A stretch of 64,000 bases of DNA from a virus. The stretch is taken from the IMG/VR virus record IMGVR_UViG_3300028394_000034; one strand, given 5' to 3'. Positions 35,135 to 44,900 of this stretch are shown here, piece after piece. Within the stretch, counting starts at the first letter, position 1. Each line of letters starts with the position of its first letter. Below the pieces are notes generated by a model. It saw nothing but the letters and a program-made list of their open reading frames with translations, made no database searches and was not told the origin of the DNA. Made by a program: the position numbers and the translations under genes.

Positions 35135-35827
35135 ATGGCTACTAATAATAATTTACTTTTTAAAATTACTATACTAGAACAAGTATCTTCGAATGAAGCT
35201 TGTAAAACAGCAGAAGATATTATCTCTATAGTCTGTCTGCCTATAGCAACCCCAACACCAACTCCAACTAATACTATTACTCCATCAGTAACTCCTACAA
35301 TATCATTAACTCCATCTATAACTCCAACTATTTCGTTAACTCCATCTATAACCCCCACTATTTCATTAACTCCATCAATAACACCAACAATAACTCCTAC
35401 AGTAACAGCTACGGTTACGGTAACTCCATCAATTACTCCTACTAAAACTTTGACTCCTACTCCGACTAATACTGTAACTCCAACAATGTCGGTTACCCCA
35501 ACAATGACCCCAACGCCTTCTGGTCCTAACTCTATTCAATTAAATCAGGCTAATAATTGGACATATAATTTGAATAATGAACCATTAGTCAGGTTTGTTC
35601 CACAAGACAATACTCGTTATTCGGTATCTATGAAAATACTAGTAACATCAACAGATTTAACCTCCTCATCCTCCATTCCTAGTGTATCTAATATTATGGC
35701 TGGAGGTTCTTTACTTGGACAGGTAATATATAGTGCTTCTAATTTTGATAATAAATCGATAATTCTTTATTATAATGGACTTACTTATACTGGCCGAATT
35801 ACTAATCCATCTACCAATTTATCTTAA
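35135..35827 (+). CDS. Pro/Thr-rich structural protein with short N-terminal hairpin and C-terminal beta domain
   Basis: AGGA RBS; about 90 aa of TPT/TPS repeats. Confidence 0.7.
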   Translation: MATNNNLLFKITILEQVSSNEACKTAEDIISIVCLPIATPTPTPTNTITPSVTPTISLTPSITPTISLTPSITPTISLTPSITPTITPTVTATVTVTPSITPTKTLTPTPTNTVTPTMSVTPTMTPTPSGPNSIQLNQANNWTYNLNNEPLVRFVPQDNTRYSVSMKILVTSTDLTSSSSIPSVSNIMAGGSLLGQVIYSASNFDNKSIILYYNGLTYTGRITNPSTNLS

Positions 35828-35840
35828 CTAAGGTGATCTA

Positions 35841-36881
35841 ATGATAATTGATAATGTCTTTAATATTAAAACATATCTTGGTAGTCAAGCACTACCTGTG
35901 GTTAATCCTCCAGCTTCATTGGCTTCTGATGCCACATATTCGACATTCATAAGCAATATCAGCTCCATCTATGGGACACAGGCAATTAATGGATCTATAC
36001 CGTACCTATTTAAAACAGGTGGTGTGGTTGATGTTAACTCAACTTTAAAAACACTAGAGCCCAAACAGTCATACTATTTTGTATCCAAATCAAATGCTGT
36101 ATTCCCATATAACATCCCATATTCTGGATCATTAATGCCATTTACTACTTACGGAAATTGTCCAGTAGTTAATTTATCAAGTGATATTGTGGTATTAACA
36201 TCGACTAGTGGTAATCATTATTATTGTAATCAAAATATTAGTAATCTGAATATTGGAGAAAATTATACATATAGCTTTAGGGTGGTTGATAGTAATTGGC
36301 CAGTTACTATTTTCCCATCTTCTGGTAGTCTTCAAAGTTCTCAAAATGTTAATAATATTGGAGCTTTAATCCGCTTCGATAATGATTCTGGAGTTACTGA
36401 CTACAGCACATTCTTACCACCAAGAACATCCTTAAGCCAATTAGACAAAAAGAATTTATTTGCAGTTATAGAAGTTTCTGTAACGGCTCCATCAAATATA
36501 GGCTGTCCAAAAGTATTAGATACATTCATGATGCAATGTAATAGTTGTGTACCATTACCCACCCCAACCCCATCAGTTACCCCAACCCCAACTCCAACCC
36601 CTGTCCCAACATTTGCTTCAGCTATAATAATTTTAGCTGGAGCCACCTCTATAATATCCAATGGAATAACATTTGTTGGTAATCCTGGAGATAAATTAGA
36701 AGTAACGCATCCCAGTCCTTTCACTGGAACACCAAAGACCATGATTGTAAATATCGGAGGAACTCAGGTTTGTCAAATAACCTTTAATGATCCTTATACT
36801 GGCAGATCTTTTAAGTTTACCAGATCAGGATCGTCAACATCATATATTGGGACATTTGTGGATGGAACGGTTAACTTTTAA
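35841..36881 (+). CDS. Structural protein: Cys-flanked beta-sandwich, Pro/Thr linker, C-terminal beta domain
   Basis: ISNLNIGENYTYSF..PVTIFPSSG..MQCNSC paralogous module; AAGG RBS. Confidence 0.65.
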   Translation: MIIDNVFNIKTYLGSQALPVVNPPASLASDATYSTFISNISSIYGTQAINGSIPYLFKTGGVVDVNSTLKTLEPKQSYYFVSKSNAVFPYNIPYSGSLMPFTTYGNCPVVNLSSDIVVLTSTSGNHYYCNQNISNLNIGENYTYSFRVVDSNWPVTIFPSSGSLQSSQNVNNIGALIRFDNDSGVTDYSTFLPPRTSLSQLDKKNLFAVIEVSVTAPSNIGCPKVLDTFMMQCNSCVPLPTPTPSVTPTPTPTPVPTFASAIIILAGATSIISNGITFVGNPGDKLEVTHPSPFTGTPKTMIVNIGGTQVCQITFNDPYTGRSFKFTRSGSSTSYIGTFVDGTVNF

Positions 36882-36900
36882 TTTTTAATAGGACTTATTG

Positions 36901-39900
36901 ATGTCATTAACTATAAATAAAAAAATAGCATTAGTAGAATATTTAGGTCCTACAAAAAATATTTCTGCTCTTACTAATGTTTCTGAAATTGACATAATAT
37001 ATAAAGTCAATCCTAATGGTAATGGATACGTTTCTTGGAAGAGTGGTAGTCTTTTTAATTTTCTTTCGACATTAGATGGCCCAGCTGCTGCAACCGTTGG
37101 TGGATCAGTAGAAACTTCTTATTATATCATAATTAGCAAAAGTGACAACCCTAATTATGAACTATATAGTGAATCAGATAGATTAAATAGTAAAGATACT
37201 ATAAATATAGATAAACAAATAGTTATTGTCAAATATCCAGGATCCACAGATTTAACTTTATCTATAGCTCCTTTTAAAAATTATGTATCAAAAATATACA
37301 AAGTTGGAGATACCGGTACTTCTTGGCAAGTTTGGGATCCTAATTCTAATTTTAATGCAATTACAGCCCTTAATACAAATACTATCTATTTATTTCTGTC
37401 ACAAAGTTTTCCTTATAATTTATGGACGATTGCCACCCCAACACCAACACCAACGTTAACTCCAACGCCAACAAAGACTCCAACAGTTACTCCAACAATA
37501 ACACTAACTCCTACAATAACACTAACTCCTACTCAGACACAAACCCCATCAATAACTCCAACAAAAACTGTTACTCCAACAGTTACTCTTACTCCAGGAA
37601 TTTCTCCTTCTCCAACTCCTACGATAACCCCTACTATAAGTGTAACAGCTACTAGAACCCCCACAGTAACCCCTACAGTAACCCCAACACAAAGTCAAGA
37701 TATTTGTATAACTGCTCCTGATAGAGCTATTTACTTTGGAGATCAAGAAAGTATTGGAAAAACTTATGGAGGAGGATATCTTGCTGGATATATATTAGAT
37801 CCAACAAATGCTACTCGTGGATGGGCTTTGATTGTTGCCGAAATAACTGGGTATGCAGAAGGTAATCATTTAAACTTAGGAACCACTTTACTTCAACCAT
37901 TACCAGCTAGTGGTCATTTTTATGATGGGTCTGCTGTTATGGCAAGTGGTCTAGCAGCAGCTAGTGCACAAGGTGTTGATTTTGATACAGCATTGCCAGG
38001 TATGGCTTTTTGTAATAATCTAAATATAGGATTCACACCCTATCAAGGATATGCTGACTGGTATTTACCATCAATATATGAATTAGAATTAATATATAGA
38101 AATTTTAAACCAACAACAAATATTAATGATATTTTAAATTCTAATGGATTTAATAGATATAGTATTCCAGAAGGAGCAGCATACTCCCTCTCAGATCCCG
38201 CACAAACTTCTTGTCGTTCTTGGCAAAATAACGGTGCTGGTTTTATAGGCAATAATTCTTTGATTGATACTAGCAAATATGCAAACAGTAGTCTATTATC
38301 TTCTACTCAAACAGCTACTCCTCAATTTGCTGGCGCTGGAACTAATGTTTGGAGAATTGCTTATATTGATCCTAATAATGGAAATTTCCGCAATTGGGAT
38401 ATATATGAAAATATTAATACTAGTTCTCCTTTTACAGTCAAGCCTATCAGAAGAATAAGTCTACTTACGAATATTACCCCAACTCCAACAAAAACTCAAA
38501 CTCCAACCCCAACAGTTACTCCAACTATCACAATAACTCCGACGACAACAGTAACTCCATCGGTAACTCCAACAAAAACAGTAACTCCTAGCGTAACTCC
38601 GACAATTACTCCAACTATTAGTGTTACTCCCACACTAACTCCAACTGTGAGTATAAGTCTCTCACCAACCCCAACACTAACTCCTAGTCCTACAAAAACA
38701 GTAACTCCTACAATAAGTCTAACTCCCACAATAACCCCAACAGTATCTATTACTCCTACTATTACTCCTAGTTTACCAGCTGATTTAAATACAGTAAACT
38801 ATAATAATCTTGCTATTTTTAATGGAGCAGCAAACTTAACTACGGTAGGTAGTAATGGAGGACAATCATATTATGGACTATATGATATGTCTGGAAATGG
38901 ATCAGAATATATCGGAGATGGATCTAACACATATGTTATTGGTGGATGCTATAACTCATCAGCAACAGATATTAGTAAAAATGCATTATTGAGCGCAACA
39001 TATTCTATAGCAGATGCTTCCACTAGTTTTAGAATAGCTTCTATTAATGATGAGGTTTCTGTTGGAAATTTTGTGACTATTGGAGACGCCGGTAATAATA
39101 ATGATGCTAATGGTAGAGGTGGCGTATCTTATGTTTATAGACTTGGTAAATATCTAGTAACTAATGATGAATATTGTGCTTTCTTAAATAGTGTAGCTAG
39201 AAATTCTGACAATAGAGCTCTTTATAATCCTAGTATGAATTCTGATGCTGTTCGTGGAGGAATATTCAGAATATCTACTATTAGTGGATCAACAGTGACC
39301 TACACCTACGTTTGTAAAACAAATTTTGGAAATAAACCAGTAAATTATGTTTCTTGGTTTGATTGTGCTAGATATTGCAATTGGTTACATAATGGAGCAC
39401 TATCTTCTAGCGATACTGAGACTGGGGCTTATACTTTAACCTCTTTAGTTCCACCAACCAAAAATTCTGGGGCTAGATATTGGCTTCCATCATTAAATGA
39501 ATGGTATAAAGCAGCATATTTTAAAGGAGCAGCACCCGGAGCAGGATATTGGACATATGGAACTAAATATGATACAGTCCCATCTTCAGTAATAGCAAAT
39601 TCTATTGGAGAAGGCCCGTATACCACAGAGAATGAGACATTCCCTCCTGGAAAAATATTCATTTTAACAAACTCTAGGCTTGTTAGTATTGATAATACTA
39701 ATAACTCTATTAAATTTATTGATGGTATTAATTCTACAACAGATTCTATCGTTCTTAGTAGAGATCAAAAATTAGCATTCATATCCAATAATACAATCGG
39801 TGTTGATGTTGTTGATATTTCTTCTTCTAATCAATCAGATTTTTCTGTTATAGCTGGCATAGGAGCAGGATCAAATCCAACAAAACTATTAGTTAATGAT

Positions 39901-41922
39901 GATGGTAATAGACTTCTTATTGTAGGAAACGGATCAAATACAATAAGACTAGTAGATATTACAAACACTCTGTTTTCAACTACAAATATTATACCAAATC
40001 CTTTTACTTCTAATTCCTATATAGATGCATGTTATGGATCTGATTCCAATACTATTTATTTGTTGTCTTATAAAGGTTTTCCAGATTATAGTAATTCTCT
40101 TTATCTATTAACCATGAATAGTGATGGGACAGTAGCTCAGAATATACTAATAAGGACAATATCCTCTGTATCTTCTCCAGAATTATCAAAGATATTTTTC
40201 ATAGATAATAAGATATACTACTATTCTACTCAAAGCAGTGCTATTAATGTATATAGTTCAACTGGATCTCCACTAGGTTCTATTCCTCTATATATTTTTA
40301 ATTCTGGTTCACTAAGTTCATATAATATAATCTTATTAAAAGCATATACAGATACTATTAAACATAGACTGTATTTATATTGTCGTTCAGCATCTACTAC
40401 TGTTACTAATGTTTTTACTATTAATACTATTAATGATACTGTTATAGGATCGACTGTTGTTAATGGTTCCACTAATTTTGCTGGAATAGTTAGTGGAGAT
40501 GTTTTATCTATTGTTTCTGATAAATATCTCCGAGCAGTAGATACTACAAATAGACAAATTATCAATAATATTGATTTGACTCAATATGGATTAACAAATA
40601 CAGAAATCTCTAATATAAAAGGTCTTGCTTTCAAATCTAATGATCCTCCAAAGTTCACCCCAACAGCAACAAGAACGCCAACTCCAACTCCAACACTAAC
40701 CCCATCAGTAACAGCAACACAAACCCCGACACCCACAATAACTCCAACTAAGACAGTAACACCGACCCCATCATTAACTCCTCCAGAGACACCACCAGCA
40801 TTCGTAAACAATATACTGTCTGCTGTAGGGTTAAATAATCTAGGACAATTAGGAGATGGTACATATAAATCTAAAAATAGATTCATAACTATAACTGCTC
40901 CTTCTGGAGATATTACTTCCACTAATTATCCAATTAGAGCTAGTGCTTTAGGTGACCATAATCTGATTATAGATTCAAATAATAGAATGTGGGGCTGGGG
41001 GGCTAATGATAAAGGACAGGTTGGAACAGCTAATTGGAAAGCAACGTCTATCTTTAATAACGGAAATACTCCCGACAATATCATCTATGATGGAATTGCT
41101 AATAAGTATACATTGTTCAGTTCCAATATATCAAACACTGCCCTTATGTCTAGTGACGGTTTGAGTTGGGGACCAACATCTCTTCCTTCAAACTCCTTAT
41201 GGTCAGCTTCTGCTGGATTTAATACAAAAATAGCAGGAATTCCAGCAAATATAGAAGCATCATCGTTCGTGGCTGCAAATGCATCAAACGTACTGGCTCA
41301 ATATAGTATGAGTACAAATGCTTGGACAACAAAGACATTGCCATCTGCAAATAATTGGACAACAATGACTCAAAATGGATCAAGATTCTTTATCTTCTCT
41401 AGCAATTCTTCTAAAGTAGTATATTTTGTTCCAGCTATTAATCTAGCTTCATTTTCTACAGGAGAAATTAGTCTTGGTACAACCTCTAATAGTATATATT
41501 GGAAATCAGCAGCATCATATAGCAAAAATATTGTTGCCATATCTTATAACAATAATATTATAACTAGAAGCTTAGACTCAGGAAATACTTGGACTATTAC
41601 TAATATGCCGGTATCTGCAAATTGGGAGCAGATTATTTATGTTGGACCTAGATTAATAGCAATTGCCTCAAATTTAGACGCAATCTATATTAGCGAAGAT
41701 AACGGAACAACATGGACACAGAAAAATTTACAAGTTTTTGGTGGATGGTCAAGTATAACCTACTTTAATAATACATTAATTTTAGTTGCAAAAAATGGCC
41801 TATACTACTTGATTAGTTCAGATAGTGGAAATACTTGGAGCAAAAAAATCCTTCCGTCAGGACTATATGTCACACCAACGCCAACCGCTACCTTAACTCC
41901 AACACCGAGTAAGGGTGTATAG
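36901..41922 (+). CDS. Multi-domain adhesin: DUF1566/Lcl C-type lectin, permuted FGE-sulfatase domain, YVTN-like propeller, partial RCC1, BNR-like propeller, Pro/Thr linkers
   Basis: GGGYLAG..FCNNL..GYADWYLPSIYELE (DUF1566); YDMSGN..FRIAS..GKYLVTNDEYCAFLN..NYVSWFDCARYCNWLHNG..LNEWYKAAY (FGE type); NNLGQLGDG/WGWGANDKGQVG (RCC1); SSDSGNTW (Asp-box). ATG 36901 fits the AGGA RBS. Confidence 0.75.
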   Translation: MSLTINKKIALVEYLGPTKNISALTNVSEIDIIYKVNPNGNGYVSWKSGSLFNFLSTLDGPAAATVGGSVETSYYIIISKSDNPNYELYSESDRLNSKDTINIDKQIVIVKYPGSTDLTLSIAPFKNYVSKIYKVGDTGTSWQVWDPNSNFNAITALNTNTIYLFLSQSFPYNLWTIATPTPTPTLTPTPTKTPTVTPTITLTPTITLTPTQTQTPSITPTKTVTPTVTLTPGISPSPTPTITPTISVTATRTPTVTPTVTPTQSQDICITAPDRAIYFGDQESIGKTYGGGYLAGYILDPTNATRGWALIVAEITGYAEGNHLNLGTTLLQPLPASGHFYDGSAVMASGLAAASAQGVDFDTALPGMAFCNNLNIGFTPYQGYADWYLPSIYELELIYRNFKPTTNINDILNSNGFNRYSIPEGAAYSLSDPAQTSCRSWQNNGAGFIGNNSLIDTSKYANSSLLSSTQTATPQFAGAGTNVWRIAYIDPNNGNFRNWDIYENINTSSPFTVKPIRRISLLTNITPTPTKTQTPTPTVTPTITITPTTTVTPSVTPTKTVTPSVTPTITPTISVTPTLTPTVSISLSPTPTLTPSPTKTVTPTISLTPTITPTVSITPTITPSLPADLNTVNYNNLAIFNGAANLTTVGSNGGQSYYGLYDMSGNGSEYIGDGSNTYVIGGCYNSSATDISKNALLSATYSIADASTSFRIASINDEVSVGNFVTIGDAGNNNDANGRGGVSYVYRLGKYLVTNDEYCAFLNSVARNSDNRALYNPSMNSDAVRGGIFRISTISGSTVTYTYVCKTNFGNKPVNYVSWFDCARYCNWLHNGALSSSDTETGAYTLTSLVPPTKNSGARYWLPSLNEWYKAAYFKGAAPGAGYWTYGTKYDTVPSSVIANSIGEGPYTTENETFPPGKIFILTNSRLVSIDNTNNSIKFIDGINSTTDSIVLSRDQKLAFISNNTIGVDVVDISSSNQSDFSVIAGIGAGSNPTKLLVNDDGNRLLIVGNGSNTIRLVDITNTLFSTTNIIPNPFTSNSYIDACYGSDSNTIYLLSYKGFPDYSNSLYLLTMNSDGTVAQNILIRTISSVSSPELSKIFFIDNKIYYYSTQSSAINVYSSTGSPLGSIPLYIFNSGSLSSYNIILLKAYTDTIKHRLYLYCRSASTTVTNVFTINTINDTVIGSTVVNGSTNFAGIVSGDVLSIVSDKYLRAVDTTNRQIINNIDLTQYGLTNTEISNIKGLAFKSNDPPKFTPTATRTPTPTPTLTPSVTATQTPTPTITPTKTVTPTPSLTPPETPPAFVNNILSAVGLNNLGQLGDGTYKSKNRFITITAPSGDITSTNYPIRASALGDHNLIIDSNNRMWGWGANDKGQVGTANWKATSIFNNGNTPDNIIYDGIANKYTLFSSNISNTALMSSDGLSWGPTSLPSNSLWSASAGFNTKIAGIPANIEASSFVAANASNVLAQYSMSTNAWTTKTLPSANNWTTMTQNGSRFFIFSSNSSKVVYFVPAINLASFSTGEISLGTTSNSIYWKSAASYSKNIVAISYNNNIITRSLDSGNTWTITNMPVSANWEQIIYVGPRLIAIASNLDAIYISEDNGTTWTQKNLQVFGGWSSITYFNNTLILVAKNGLYYLISSDSGNTWSKKILPSGLYVTPTPTATLTPTPSKGV

Positions 41923-41926
41923 AATA
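41913..41926 (+). promoter_or_regulatory. Candidate promoter motif GGGTGTATAGAATA overlapping the stop codon at 41920-41922
   Basis: GTGTA begins 37 nt before ATG 41952. Confidence 0.45.
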
Positions 41927-41951
41927 ATACATAATTTATTTAGGATTAAAC

Positions 41952-44900
41952 ATGGTTAATTTCAGAAAATTAATAACTGGTAATGGTTTTGTACTAGGTA
42001 TCGGAGACGAAAACGATAAATTATACGTTTTTGGGGACGAAATCAATAAAAATTCTATTAGTAGAATGGGAAATGATGGTGATTTATATGGGAGTAGATG
42101 GTCTTCAATTGCTGTAAATTATAAGCATTCCGCCGCTATTGATATTAATAATAAGCTATATATATGGGGAGATAATTATTACGGTCAATTAGGACTTGGT
42201 GGTAGTATATCAAATGCAGTTGACCCACAGCTTCTTAATAATGATTTATGGTCATCGGTTAGTTGTGGAGCGTTTCATACGTCTGCCATTAAAGGAGATG
42301 GATCTTTATGGACTTGGGGAGATAATACTTTCGGACAAATAGGAAACGGAACAGTGGGTGGGAATTTTTCAAAATTCTTCCCTGTACAAATTTCTTCATA
42401 TGATTTTAATACTGTCTCTCTTCTTATGCATATGGATGGAATTGATGGAAGTTCAGTATTCACAGATAGTTCATTCAGAAATTTCACCTTGAACAAAGTT
42501 GGATCTCCTGTGATCTCTACAGTTCAAAGTAAGTTTGGAAATTCTTCTTATTACAAGGGAACATCATCTTCTTCTTGTCTTTATACTATAGATGATGCTT
42601 TTAAGTTTGGATCTGAAGACTTTACTGTAGAAGCATATGTATATTTGATTGGAGGAAGTTTAGGCTACAATATTTTAATGGATACTCGGAAAACTAGCGA
42701 TGGTTCTGGAGGTTCTTGGTTTGGAGTCTATAATGGTATGCTCTATTATGAAGATAAACCAACAATTAGTATGCCTACTAATAAATGGGTTCATGTTGCT
42801 TTTGTTAGAAGCTCAGGATCTTTAAAGCTATATCTAGATGGAGTTTTAGTTTATACCATAACTTCTACTATAGATTATAGTTCAGGATATTTTTCTCTAG
42901 GAGGAGCCAGCTACTCTTCGTTAGGAGCAACTCCATTTAATGGATATATTGACGAAGTAAGAATAAGCAAAGGAGTTCCAAGATACTTAACCAACTTTAC
43001 TCCAACAACAGTCCCATTTACCAATATTAATGAAGTTTATACTAAGGTAGTTAGTGGTACAAATTTTAATATTGCTATTAAAAATGACGGGACTTTATGG
43101 TCATGGGGAAATAATACCTATGGTCAATTAGGACTATCAGATAATCTTTCTAGATATATTCCAACTCAAATAACAGGAACTAACTGGGCAGATATTTCTT
43201 GTGGGGATGGGCATGTTATTGCTATAAAATCTAATGGAGAACTATATTCTTGGGGATATAATCAAAATGGAGAATGTGGATTAGGAGATAATTCAAATAA
43301 AAATGCACCTAATAAAATCACACTCCTTAAAGCGAATGATAGTCCAATTAACTTAGTTGGAATAACTGTAGACAATCAAAAAAGAATAGCCTGTGGAAGA
43401 AACCACAGTTTTATCATCGCAAATACTGCTGGTGTAAATAATGTTTTATATGGAACAGGAAAGAATGATAATGGACAATTAGGAACAGGAGACAGTATAG
43501 CGAAAAATTTCTTTACTGCTATAGACTTGAGTAAACGACATCTTTCTGTTAATGCTGGAGCAAGTCATAGTATTGTTAAGCTAGATATTCCTGCTAATCA
43601 GCCTACTCCATCTCCAACCCCTACATCTACCGTTACTCCTACTGTAACTCAAACAATTACTCCTACAGTAACACCAACTGTTAGTATTACTCCAACAATA
43701 ACTCCAACTAAGAGTGTTACTCCAACGGTAACCCCAACAATATCGTCATCCCCAATACTTACCAGAACTCCTACTCCAACAGTAACTCCTTCTCAAACTC
43801 CGCCCTCAAGAATTGGTAAATTTTGGATACCAATGACCGCTCTAAGTAAAGTTTGGAGCGGTATAGCCTACTCATCATCTCTAAATAAATTTATAGGGGT
43901 TCCTATTGGAAATATAGGCATGGTTAGTTCGGTTGGCGTAGGCAATTCTTGGCAAGAATCCAATCTTCTGCCTAACTCCATAATATGGAATGTAATTGAC
44001 GGAGGAGACTTTATCTTAGGATATGGACCTAACACACTATATACTGCAATAAGTAATGATGGATTTACTTGGGCTCCTGGTCCTAATTCTCGTCAAGATA
44101 CTCAGTCTCAAGAAGGATCAATTATTAGTACCTCTAAAGTAGGAAATCAGATAATATCTCTTACATATCCGCTTGATGCTATTTCTCCATTAGGTTATAG
44201 AATTCTCAAAAAAGACAATTCATCTTTAGTTTTTTCAAATAGAATATACCATAAAGACTCTAATAATAAGAATATTATCTATAAAGATAGTGCTAATTGC
44301 AATAATGTTGCTAAAACACTAACTGACGTAAGATACAATGGAGGACCCGGACCATATGGTACTTATGATATGGGAGGGAACGTTTATAATTGGACAGATA
44401 CTACAGCAGGATCTTATAAAGTTTATAGAGGTAACAATTATCTCAGTAATTTTAATACCTCTAGAAATTATAGTGTATCCCCAACAACAACTGATGGTAG
44501 CATAGGAGTTAGATTTGTTACAACTCAAAGCTCTCCATCTTATAGTTCTTTTGTTTCTGTCGGAGATGCTGGAAATAGCGGAAATTCTGGATATGGTGCC
44601 GTCTCATATAACTATAAGATTCAAAAATATCCAGTAACGTGTTCTGAATATGTTGAATTTTTAAATGCTGTTGCTTTAAATGGTGATCCAAACTCATTAT
44701 ACGATCCCTTGATGAGTGAATACTCCGTACCATATGGAGTAAAGAGTCAAATAAACTTATCTTCTGGAACTTCAGGATATCCTAGAGTACTTTTAGTTAA
44801 AGATGTTTTTCTTTATGTTATTCATTATCCTATTGGTGGTTCGTATATAGAAGTTATAGATACTAGCACAGATACTATCGTTAAACAAATTCCATTCGGA

